A stretch of 64,000 bases of DNA from a virus. Shown piece by piece: positions 17,308-26,113 of the stretch. The stretch lies in the IMG/VR virus record IMGVR_UViG_3300043570_004127, positions 105,328 through 169,327 of that record. One strand, given 5' to 3'. Under the pieces are notes generated by a model, which saw only the letters and a program-made list of their open reading frames with translations, was not told the DNA's origin and ran no database searches. Numbering within the stretch: the stretch's first letter is position 1; each line of letters starts with the position of its first letter. A program made the translations under genes and the position numbers.

Positions 17308-19194
17308 ATGGCAATTCAATGGGGTGCATACGTTGGCCCTGCGTCAGGCTCAGGATTTAGTACTTCCAACAGGATGCGCGTTGGCGTTGAGCTTACCGCT
17401 TCAACTCCAGCGTCAGGTCTGGATACAACCAGCACCATAACTGCTCAGATGTACACCCAGAACGAATTGTCTGGTACATCAAACTGGAATGATGCTCAAA
17501 CACTGTCATCCGTTGCAAGCGTTGCTGGAGCCACATGGGGAGCGGGTGGTGCGGCTTTTACAAACCAGGAGTCAAACGGAATAACTGCTAGAGGTGTTCT
17601 TAAAACCTACACCTATACATACTCAACCTACGGTTCCAGCCCTGGAAATATCTCTTTCCAAGCAACTCTCGGTGGAGCGTTTAACGGCATCACTCCGACC
17701 GTGACTGCAACTCTTGCAATTCCCGCAAGACCTGTTACAACGACTACCACAACTACTACAACTACTACCACAACGACCACACCAGCACCGCCGTTTTTCC
17801 CGCCAGAATTTACACCGGCAACGACTACAACAACGACTACCACTACGACGACTACGCTCCCTCCGGCTACTGCTCCAGGCGCACCAACAACAGTTCTCGG
17901 AACTGCTGGTAATGCTCAGGTTGCATTGTCTTGGACAGCTCCAGCTTCGAATGGTGGGGCATCGATTACCGATTATGTAGTGCAGTATTCTTCTGACTCG
18001 GGCTCAACATGGGCAACATTTGCTGACGGTACATCAACTGCAGCGTCCGCCACAGTAACGGGTCTGACGAACGGAACAAGCTACATATTCCGTGTCGCAG
18101 CAGTGAACAGTGTTGGGACTGGAAGTTACTCAACATCATCGTCGGCAGTGACGCCGGTAACTACGCCGGGGGCACCAGTAACGATTACCGCAACTCCTGG
18201 TAGTGGAGAAGTTGGATTGACATGGCTTGCCCCTGCATCAACAGGTGGGTCAAGCATCACTGATTATTCCGTTCAATATTCTTCTGACTCGGGTGGAACG
18301 TGGAGCTTGTTTTTTGAGGGCGTGTCAACCGCAACATCAGCAACTGTTACAGGCCTGACGAACGGAACGAGTTACACATTCCGTGTTGCTGCGACAAACA
18401 GTGTTGGGACTGGACCTTACTCATTGTCATCGTCGGCAGTGACGCCTTCTGCTGCAACAACTACGACTACAACCACCACTACAACTGCTGCCCCTACGAC
18501 GACTACAGCTACAACCGCTGCTCCTGGTGTGAGTATCTCCAAGGTTTGGAATGGTTCATCCTGGGTTGCTACAACCCCCCAGGTATGGAACGGAACGGCA
18601 TGGGTGTCAGCAATATCCCGCGCATGGGATGGTATTCAATGGGTGGCTCCAGGGGCTACGACTACGACGGCTGCTCCAACGACAACTACCACTACCACGA
18701 CGACGCTTGCTCCAACGACTACAACAACGACTACCACTGCCGCCCCTACGACTACAACAACGACTACCACTGCCGCTCCTACGACTACGGCTGCGCCTAC
18801 AACAACTGGAGCCCCTCCATGCTTCGGTTGTACTACTGCCTCGTGGGACGGTGTCACGTATTCATGCGATGGCACAATGAGTTACGAGTATTGGACGGCT
18901 GGATGTCCTGGATGTACAGGTGAAGGCGGATATAACGGAGCCTACAGAGACGGGAAGTGCGGTTACACGGCACCCGTGACCACCGAGGCCACGGCTGCAC
19001 CAGTTGTTTGCACTCCTTTCGACGGATATTCCTGGACTGGGGGCTATTACTATGGAGCACTCAACGAAGGTGGAGCGAGCTGTGCAACTTGGTGTAGCTG
19101 CAACCCAGTCACCAATGGCTATAGTCAATCTGTATGGAAAATATACGCCAAAGCCGGTTGTGGAAACGCCAACCTATTCATAGGCTGTAGTTAA
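17308..19194 (+). CDS. FN3-domain virion protein with mucin-like poly-Thr tracts and a Cys-rich C-terminus
   Basis: Two FN3 domains (LSWTAPASNGG...DYVVQYS...VTGLTNGTSYIFRVAAVNSVGTG), three T/TTTAAP tracts, a PPFFPPEF motif, 12 C-terminal Cys. Confidence 0.85.
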   Translation: MAIQWGAYVGPASGSGFSTSNRMRVGVELTASTPASGLDTTSTITAQMYTQNELSGTSNWNDAQTLSSVASVAGATWGAGGAAFTNQESNGITARGVLKTYTYTYSTYGSSPGNISFQATLGGAFNGITPTVTATLAIPARPVTTTTTTTTTTTTTTTPAPPFFPPEFTPATTTTTTTTTTTTLPPATAPGAPTTVLGTAGNAQVALSWTAPASNGGASITDYVVQYSSDSGSTWATFADGTSTAASATVTGLTNGTSYIFRVAAVNSVGTGSYSTSSSAVTPVTTPGAPVTITATPGSGEVGLTWLAPASTGGSSITDYSVQYSSDSGGTWSLFFEGVSTATSATVTGLTNGTSYTFRVAATNSVGTGPYSLSSSAVTPSAATTTTTTTTTTAAPTTTTATTAAPGVSISKVWNGSSWVATTPQVWNGTAWVSAISRAWDGIQWVAPGATTTTAAPTTTTTTTTTLAPTTTTTTTTAAPTTTTTTTTAAPTTTAAPTTTGAPPCFGCTTASWDGVTYSCDGTMSYEYWTAGCPGCTGEGGYNGAYRDGKCGYTAPVTTEATAAPVVCTPFDGYSWTGGYYYGALNEGGASCATWCSCNPVTNGYSQSVWKIYAKAGCGNANLFIGCS

Positions 19195-19230
19195 GCGCAA
19201 ATTCTATTCCTAGAATAAACAGGAGAATAC

Positions 19231-19467
19231 ATGTCAGACGCACCAAGATTCATCAACCCACGAGAAACACCAGACGGATTCGAATGGTTTGCCTTTGTTG
19301 TAGATGGCGAAGTGGCTTGGTCGGAGCCTGTACCAATCCAAGAAGAAGCAAAAATTGCTGCACTTTTGTCTGGTGTGCAAGCGGTACGTCTTGCCGGAGA
19401 TGAAAGATTCACGGTTATTTCTGGATACGGATACACGGATGGTGTATTCACTCCTCCGACTGTCTAA
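19231..19467 (+). CDS. Small hypothetical protein (fibre-associated)
   Basis: SD AGGAG; 78 aa; upstream TAGAAT at 19211-19216. Confidence 0.7.
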   Translation: MSDAPRFINPRETPDGFEWFAFVVDGEVAWSEPVPIQEEAKIAALLSGVQAVRLAGDERFTVISGYGYTDGVFTPPTV

Positions 19468-19497
19468 ATTTTCCTTATATTGATGTAGGATGCCTTT

Positions 19498-19728
19498 ATG
19501 ACAAGTCCATGGCAAGAGTATAAAAAAAAGCTCGGCGACACACGTCCGTGGGATTTGGTAAACCCACATATTGAACACGTTTCCGAGGACGTTTCATCAG
19601 CGCGATACGCAATATGTGAAGCGTGTCCAAGTTTGCTAAAACTTACCCACCAGTGCAAAGAATGTGGTTGCTTCATGAAACTAAAAGTAAAACTACCTGC
19701 AGCAGCTTGCCCGCTCGGCAAATGGTAG
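19498..19728 (+). CDS. Small Cys-rich metal-binding protein (DUF6171-like)
   Basis: RYAICEACP...QCKECGCFMKLKVKLPAAACPLGKW pattern. Confidence 0.75.
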   Translation: MTSPWQEYKKKLGDTRPWDLVNPHIEHVSEDVSSARYAICEACPSLLKLTHQCKECGCFMKLKVKLPAAACPLGKW

Positions 19729-20741
19729 TAAAAGAGAATTTAAATAAGTACAAGATAACCGATGCCCAAATAGACCCATTCGGTTACTGTAACGCGAAGT
19801 GCTGGTTCTGCCCTGTCAGGTATCAAAAGAATCCCCCACATGCAGCAAAGCATATGCCGGTTGATTTATTGGACAAGATATTTTCTGAGTTGATAAAAGA
19901 AAAAGAAAAACCAAACGGTGTAGTTGAAGCAAACTTTAATCATTTTTATACCGCTCACTACAATGAGATTTTGCTATACAAGCACTTGGACGAGATGCTG
20001 TATTTGGCCAAATGTTATGGGTTAAAAACCATGATACTTTCAAACGGTGTCAATCTCACCGAAGAAAAGGTGGAGATACTCCAACGACACAAAGACGTTA
20101 TAAGCGGAATCAATTTAAACATTCCCGCATTTGAGGATGGTTTATGGCAGGAACGTTCAGGAGTCACAAGATACGATTTTGACCATGTAAGACAAAACGT
20201 ATTACGAACAATGGAAGCGTTTCCAGAATACACAGCAAATGGAGCGTTTTCAATAGGTGTAAATATACCCACCGCGCCGCACATGGAAGAAAATGGCGGA
20301 CGGATGGAGATGCTCGAGAATGCACCAAAGATAGATTTGGACCCCTTGACAGGAGAATCTCCGACACAAGTCGCATTGGCTAAATCGCTATTTCCCGGTC
20401 TCACTGTTTATCCAGTGGAATCATTAATTGATAGGGCTGCGATACTGGCAGAACATAAAGTGATTGATAATGCCAAAGCAATTTTGAGGTACAACAAAGG
20501 CGATAAAACTAGAGTAGTTGGTTGTTCTAATGGAACAATTGGGCGAATATATGGCTGGCTGCATGTCAACGCCCTTGGGGAAGCGTTTCTCTGCTGTAAC
20601 GATTATGACTTTGACTATACTTTTGGCAACATGAACGACAGCACACTCGACGAGATATGGCGTAGCGACGAACATGCCGCAATGATAGAGAGAGCCTTGG
20701 GTTCAATATGTGTGTCTTGCGCAAGCGCTATATGGAAATGA
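19722..20741 (+). CDS. Radical SAM enzyme with SPASM/twitch domain
   Basis: CNAKCWFC (CxxxCxxC); C-terminal GCS...VNALGEAFLCCND...GNMNDSTLDEIW...CVSC; likely start ATG 19722. Confidence 0.9.
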   Translation: MVVKENLNKYKITDAQIDPFGYCNAKCWFCPVRYQKNPPHAAKHMPVDLLDKIFSELIKEKEKPNGVVEANFNHFYTAHYNEILLYKHLDEMLYLAKCYGLKTMILSNGVNLTEEKVEILQRHKDVISGINLNIPAFEDGLWQERSGVTRYDFDHVRQNVLRTMEAFPEYTANGAFSIGVNIPTAPHMEENGGRMEMLENAPKIDLDPLTGESPTQVALAKSLFPGLTVYPVESLIDRAAILAEHKVIDNAKAILRYNKGDKTRVVGCSNGTIGRIYGWLHVNALGEAFLCCNDYDFDYTFGNMNDSTLDEIWRSDEHAAMIERALGSICVSCASAIWK

Positions 20742-20742
20742 T

Positions 20743-21666
20743 ATGGCATCGATATTCATACAAATACCTTCTTATAGGGATTTTGAATTAAACAAAACTG
20801 TTGCCAGCGCAGTGACCAATGCGAGCGGAGCAAACAAGCTTTCGTTTGGTATTCATAACTGCATTTTGTTTGATGGCGAAATAGAAGTTAAAACAGATTA
20901 CCCAGAATGGGTCACTATTAACTCGGCGACAAGTATTGCACCGCAAAACATAGGCCTACAGCAGGCAAGGTATTTAGCAAACGAGTTTTACGACGGAGAA
21001 GACTACTACCTTCAAATTGACTCGCACATGCGATTTTTCGAAAATTGGGACGCATCACTCATCAACGATATACGCTACTATCAAAACCTGGGCTTGCCTA
21101 AGCCACTTATTACTCAGTATCCGCCAGCTTATACATACAACGACGACGGAAAAGAAAACATTCAATTCAATCAGCCGTTTTATCAATGTGGAATCTGGTT
21201 TGGCGAGAAGGTAGAAAATTTTAAGGAAACCCTAATTCCCACACAGCAAGCTCGGGTTCTTTTTGATACTTGTGGATTTATTAAATCTGTTTCTGGCGGT
21301 TTTATATTCACACTCGGAAGTTTTGCAAAAGTTAAACCAAATCCAAAAATTGCCTTTTGGGGAGAGGAACCACTGATTGCCGCAAGGGCTTTTACTCATG
21401 GATTCGACCTGGTGATGCCCTTCTCTCACAATGTGTCTCATTTATATCACTCTCAACAGACATTTGCCAAAACACGTCGCCACCACATATGGGGTGATTT
21501 TTCAGAAATCTGGGGGATGATGGATGCTGAATCCAGAACAGAATACAAGAGAATATTCACCGAACGAATAATTGGCGAAGGGGCATTAGGGACAGAACGC
21601 ACCCTAGATGAATACGAGGAGTTTTCTGGTTTAAATTTCAGAGACGGAACCATAACCTCATTATGA
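20743..21666 (+). CDS. GT60-family glycosyltransferase ([Skp1]-hydroxyproline / polypeptide alpha-GlcNAc transferase-like)
   Basis: SIFIQIPSYRD.EL, G...AR, YYLQIDSHMRF..NWD, LITQYPP, SGGFIF, FWGEE, RAFTHGFD, HLY: the Gnt1/GlcNAc family motif series; start ATG 20743. Confidence 0.85.
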   Translation: MASIFIQIPSYRDFELNKTVASAVTNASGANKLSFGIHNCILFDGEIEVKTDYPEWVTINSATSIAPQNIGLQQARYLANEFYDGEDYYLQIDSHMRFFENWDASLINDIRYYQNLGLPKPLITQYPPAYTYNDDGKENIQFNQPFYQCGIWFGEKVENFKETLIPTQQARVLFDTCGFIKSVSGGFIFTLGSFAKVKPNPKIAFWGEEPLIAARAFTHGFDLVMPFSHNVSHLYHSQQTFAKTRRHHIWGDFSEIWGMMDAESRTEYKRIFTERIIGEGALGTERTLDEYEEFSGLNFRDGTITSL

Positions 21667-22241
21667 AGAATCTCAAAAAGATAAGTGACGATATATATAT
21701 TGTAAACCTTGTTAGCGGTCGACTTGCTGCGAGGATTATGGATTCCATAAAATTACTCGAAAAGAAAGAGCCATGTGGAGGAAGTGAACGAAACCAGTTT
21801 ACGACACATTCCATAAGTGATTCCGCCTGTGTTGGTGGAATAAGACTTACAACAATTCTGCAATCGATATTCAAGAGACTAACAAATCAATACTTTCTGA
21901 GTACTGGCGTAAGACTAGAAGTTCCATCGTTCCCGAATCAAAGCTGCAATATCAAGAGTCAAGTCAAAGGCCAATCACACGGGGTGCATACCGATGGAGG
22001 GGACAAGGATTACGGAATTGGCAGGATTCTCCACTCGTCGGTTATATGCCTAAATGATGACTACGAGGGCGGGAGCACGCAGTTTTACCTAACTGGGACA
22101 ATGGAAGAACCAAACATTGATATTGACATAAAACTCAAGGCAGGTCAAGCATTAATATTTGACGCGAATCTGAACTATCATGGGGTTACCGAAGTCCTAT
22201 CTGGGACTAGGTTTAGCTTGATTCAATTTTGGAGAGAGTAG
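21663..22241 (+). CDS. 2OG-Fe(II) oxygenase (prolyl-4-hydroxylase-like) 1
   Basis: HTD...LNDDYEGG...HGVTEVLSGTRFS. Confidence 0.9.
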   Translation: MKNLKKISDDIYIVNLVSGRLAARIMDSIKLLEKKEPCGGSERNQFTTHSISDSACVGGIRLTTILQSIFKRLTNQYFLSTGVRLEVPSFPNQSCNIKSQVKGQSHGVHTDGGDKDYGIGRILHSSVICLNDDYEGGSTQFYLTGTMEEPNIDIDIKLKAGQALIFDANLNYHGVTEVLSGTRFSLIQFWRE

Positions 22242-22243
22242 TC

Positions 22244-23314
22244 ATGAATACAGATAGCGATAACAGATTCTACGGAACGACACCAGATGTCCGCAATGAC
22301 GAAACTGTGTCCGAAATCTTTAACATGCAATTTGAAGATTTGGGTGGTGGGGTAATTCGTTTCCCGGCAGCAATAGATGTTGACAAAGACATGCTTTTAC
22401 CGTATATAGATAAAAACTCAAAATCCGCGCACGAACAAAGATGGACGTGGGCCAAGGATGAAGAAGGCAATGACTACGCAATAAACGAAGATGGCAACAA
22501 GTTTTCTCCAGAACAGGTAAAGATGGTTCCAGTAAGACTGCTTGAAGTAGTTAACTCTGGGACAGAGCCAGAGATGATAGAAGTGTTTAGATACTGGGAA
22601 GACACTATTTACAAGTGTCTCCTGCGGTACATAGATATATTCCCAATGGTCCTTGGAACAATCTGGTGGAGAACCAAGGGTCACGTAATGCGCTATGACG
22701 AGGGGGCATTCCTTGGCATACACAACGACAACGACTCAAATTACAGGGCCACAGGTGGCGAGCGATTTGTGCCGCGTGGACAAATACAGATGCGTCAAGT
22801 TGTGGCGGTGATGTTCTACATTAACGATTGTGTTGAAGATGAATCAGAACTAGATGGCACAAACTTCACTGGTGGGGAATTAGTTTTCCCATATCTCGGA
22901 ATAAAGAACACTCCAAAAACCGGGGATGTTGTTATCTTCCCTGCAAACTACATTGCAACACATGGAGTTGAGCCAGTGAAAAAGGGCGTCCGATATGGAT
23001 ACCTTGAATTCTTCAGTCAAGGAAGCAGTCACGATGAAGTTGGAATTAACGTTTCAGAACCAGATAAATGTGATGGCTGGTGTAGGCCACACTTCATAGA
23101 TGCGCTTTATGACGACTACAAGCACTACTGCAAGCAAACCGAATTCATGGGGAATGGTGATTCAGCAAAAGACGCAAACGGAATGTTTAAAGCAAATCCG
23201 GTTTATCAAAACAGAACGCTTGAAGGTGAAAACGGTCTAAAGAAGGCTTATTCACATTCCCAGGTTGTATACGACAATGAGCAGCGCGGCAGGGAACACA
23301 GCAGCTTGTACTAA
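22244..23314 (+). CDS. 2OG-Fe(II) oxygenase (P4H-like) 2, LGGG subfamily
   Basis: HND...FTGGELVF...FPANYIATHGVEPVKKGVRY; start ATG 22244. Confidence 0.9.
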   Translation: MNTDSDNRFYGTTPDVRNDETVSEIFNMQFEDLGGGVIRFPAAIDVDKDMLLPYIDKNSKSAHEQRWTWAKDEEGNDYAINEDGNKFSPEQVKMVPVRLLEVVNSGTEPEMIEVFRYWEDTIYKCLLRYIDIFPMVLGTIWWRTKGHVMRYDEGAFLGIHNDNDSNYRATGGERFVPRGQIQMRQVVAVMFYINDCVEDESELDGTNFTGGELVFPYLGIKNTPKTGDVVIFPANYIATHGVEPVKKGVRYGYLEFFSQGSSHDEVGINVSEPDKCDGWCRPHFIDALYDDYKHYCKQTEFMGNGDSAKDANGMFKANPVYQNRTLEGENGLKKAYSHSQVVYDNEQRGREHSSLY

Positions 23315-24045
23315 GTGTTTTCTACGATACCAACGTGAACATAACCCTGCCCGGAATGCTGAACATCTGCTGCAAGACTATTTAGCTTGTTTTCTTCCTG
23401 AACCTCCATCTTTGCATCCCCTTGGCAGAACCACTGCAGATAAGAATTCCTTACCCCGGATGTGATTGGCTCAACTTCATGACAGCCCATAAATGACGAC
23501 GGATATATCAAAACCGAGCCAACTTTTGGACGTACGGTTATACCCCACGGCCTGAATCTTATATTTCCTCCCTCGTATTCCTCATTGAGGGCCATTGAAC
23601 CAGTAAGGGTGTTGTGGAGCGGGAAGGTGTTCAGAACATTCCCTTCCTTGTCGTAAGGTAGGGCACAGTCGCTATGCGGTCCAATAGTTTGACCAATTGA
23701 GTACGAAGCAATCTGCCCACCTGTTCTCCAGCCAATACACTCAATTGCTACTGGGAACGAGCGACAATATTCAATTAGGCATCTATAAATGCCGTCATTA
23801 ATCAAGGTTGTTATTTCTTTTGTGAATTCGGAGCCGTATGAAAGTCCATTAAACCTGGTTGGCATTTTTAATACGTGCTCTTGCGTAACCGCGTAACCGC
23901 CATCATTGGTTAATGACTCAACATTCACGCCATGCGTTGCATCTAGATTTTCAGCAAAAATTCTTTCAAGATATGCCTCGAAATTGGATGCGTCTACCAC
24001 ATCTTCAAACAGCATTACCCCGTTCCCAAGATGCTTCACAATCAT
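23311..24045 (-). CDS. 2OG-Fe(II) oxygenase (P4H-like) 3, LGGG subfamily
   Basis: HSD...LNEEYEGG...HEVEPITSGVR. Confidence 0.9.
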   Translation of the reverse strand: MIVKHLGNGVMLFEDVVDASNFEAYLERIFAENLDATHGVNVESLTNDGGYAVTQEHVLKMPTRFNGLSYGSEFTKEITTLINDGIYRCLIEYCRSFPVAIECIGWRTGGQIASYSIGQTIGPHSDCALPYDKEGNVLNTFPLHNTLTGSMALNEEYEGGNIRFRPWGITVRPKVGSVLIYPSSFMGCHEVEPITSGVRNSYLQWFCQGDAKMEVQEENKLNSLAADVQHSGQGYVHVGIVENT

Positions 24046-24914
24046 GAGTGCATACTTTCAACCAGGCTGTGACCAACCGAAGTTTTTCCTGGGTCGACCT
24101 TATTTAGGTAATCAGTAAAGTCGGAGCGAAGTGTTGGCATGTACACATTGGTTGCGGTTTTTGCCAACTCAGGCGACTCCACTGGGTCAACTATGTGCTC
24201 GTTAACAGCCTCGTTTGGTGTTCCGTGGGAATACCATCCAAGATACGTGTACCTACTACCGCCGGTAGTCTCCTTGACTTCATGAGCAGCCATGTAGTTC
24301 GACGGGAACATCAATATGTCGCCGGCGGAAGGTTTGTAGTCAATGTCAAGATAATTAAAGTAATGATGCCCGCCTTCAAAATTATCGTTCAAGTACACAA
24401 TGCATGAGATTGTGTTTCTCGTGGCCAGCTGGTCGTGTGGGTGAGGGAATCCATAGGCATAGTCGGCACTCGTGTCGGAGTGCGGCCCAAGAAACTTACC
24501 ACCATTCTCCACAGAATAAGAAACCAGGTGACCTTTTACTTTCCACCAAACGTTCTTGTATGCCAAGGGGAAAAGATAGAAGTATTTGAGTAGATATGCG
24601 TCTTTTGATTTCTCCACAAACTCCAGAAAATCACTTATGTCCTCATCTGGATTCTGGTGTATTCGTGAACCGCGGCGAGGCATTTGATTCACTCCGTCGG
24701 CATCAAAATAGTACCCACTTCTATTTATGAATGCAGGTTCACCTGTCTCTGGGTCTATTGCCTCTTCGTACATTTGAGCGCGTTCTTCCGCGACTTGTTT
24801 TTCTGCAAATGCGCTTGCCCAATCGTTGTCGAAAGAGATGGCTCCACTAAAAACAACCACTCCACCGCCGAGGTGTTTGGGCTCCACATCGTTGAACTTC
24901 TGCTCTTGATTCAT
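24042..24914 (-). CDS. 2OG-Fe(II) oxygenase (P4H-like) 4, LGGG subfamily
   Basis: HSD...YLNDNFEGG...HEVKETTGGSRY. Confidence 0.9.
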   Translation of the reverse strand: MNQEQKFNDVEPKHLGGGVVVFSGAISFDNDWASAFAEKQVAEERAQMYEEAIDPETGEPAFINRSGYYFDADGVNQMPRRGSRIHQNPDEDISDFLEFVEKSKDAYLLKYFYLFPLAYKNVWWKVKGHLVSYSVENGGKFLGPHSDTSADYAYGFPHPHDQLATRNTISCIVYLNDNFEGGHHYFNYLDIDYKPSAGDILMFPSNYMAAHEVKETTGGSRYTYLGWYSHGTPNEAVNEHIVDPVESPELAKTATNVYMPTLRSDFTDYLNKVDPGKTSVGHSLVESMHS

Positions 24915-24932
24915 ACAGTGTATGATAGCCCA
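24915..24932. promoter_or_regulatory. Putative bidirectional leaderless promoter
   Basis: + strand TATGAT (24921-24926) N6 ATG 24933; - strand TATCAT (24927-24922) N7 ATG 24914; no SD for either gene. Confidence 0.6.
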
Positions 24933-25256
24933 ATGAGCGAAAAAAACGAGGCATTCAATAGGTGGACTGAAATAATGGTTCAGGAGTTCGCCAAGCTACC
25001 TAATATGGTCGAAAAAGATGGCTACAACAATTGGGCAGACAACATACTCCCAGGCCAAATCGAGGACAAGTATTACACGGTCGGCCGCACTGGAGCAGAA
25101 GCAATGATGGCTTTCTGGGGAGACATTGCCGATGGCAAGATGGCCGACTTGTTAAATGAGTTCAACGTACCAAATCCACTTGGGCTAATACACTCATCAA
25201 GCACGCTTGCTAAACACCTTTTTGTGACCGAAAAGATGTTCTCAAAAAAAACTTAG
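24933..25256 (+). CDS. Hypothetical protein (107 aa)
   Basis: ATG 24933 (MSEKNEAFNRW...) fills the gap between two - strand genes; the track start at 24684 overlaps oxygenase 4. Confidence 0.7.
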   Translation: MSEKNEAFNRWTEIMVQEFAKLPNMVEKDGYNNWADNILPGQIEDKYYTVGRTGAEAMMAFWGDIADGKMADLLNEFNVPNPLGLIHSSSTLAKHLFVTEKMFSKKT

Positions 25257-26113
25257 TGGTCGTCGGCCCTGCTTAGATAGTCAACTTTTTCTTGCGGAGC
25301 ATTCGAAATAGAACCATACTTTTCAATTAAATGGTTTTCATAATCCTTGATTATCGAAGGCAGCCACCATTGACCGTTGTTCTGGAACATCGTTTCTTCT
25401 GGATGCGCTGGTGAGCATCCGCGCTCATCATCTTGCGAACCCTGAGCAAACCATGTCAGGTAGGAATACCTTACCCCTCGTGTTACTTCGTTTATCTGAT
25501 GAGCACCTATATAGTTTGCCGGCATCAGAACAATCGCGCCGGTTGACGGAGCAATATCTATATCGAAATACGGGATTGTCATGGTTCCACCAGAGAACGA
25601 ATACTCAACTGATTCGTCATCGGTGCAGTCGTTGAAATATACAAGCGCTGAAAGAACGTTGCGTGTTGCATGTTGTTCTTTGGGCTCTCTACCGTAGCGA
25701 TAGTTCACATCGTTGTCGGCGTGAAATCCAAGACCGCCGCTTTTTGCATACCTCAAAACATGACCAGGGCTCTTCCACCAGAGACACTGCAGGACAGCGG
25801 GAAACATTTCTATATAATGCAAAAGTGCGCCGTATATTGCTTTTTCACATTCTTGGAAAAATGGGATATCCAAGCTTCCTATCCTTATTGGAGCTTTATC
25901 CATGTCCTCTAGGTCGTAGATGAACCCACCCTTATTAATTGCGTGGAGTGGATTGCCGTCTTCATCCTTAATAATCGTGTACGAGTTATTGAAAGCTTCA
26001 TCCTTCTTTTTGTCAAGATACTCAAATGCCTCTTTTTGTGGAATATTGATTGCATTCTTAAAAATTACAGTTCCGCCGCCAAGGTGTTCTGGATTAAAGT
26101 TGAAATTGCTCAT
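25253..26113 (-). CDS. 2OG-Fe(II) oxygenase (P4H-like) 5, LGGG subfamily
   Basis: HAD...YFND...FSGG...HQINEVTRGVRY. Confidence 0.9.
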   Translation of the reverse strand: MSNFNFNPEHLGGGTVIFKNAINIPQKEAFEYLDKKKDEAFNNSYTIIKDEDGNPLHAINKGGFIYDLEDMDKAPIRIGSLDIPFFQECEKAIYGALLHYIEMFPAVLQCLWWKSPGHVLRYAKSGGLGFHADNDVNYRYGREPKEQHATRNVLSALVYFNDCTDDESVEYSFSGGTMTIPYFDIDIAPSTGAIVLMPANYIGAHQINEVTRGVRYSYLTWFAQGSQDDERGCSPAHPEETMFQNNGQWWLPSIIKDYENHLIEKYGSISNAPQEKVDYLSRADDH

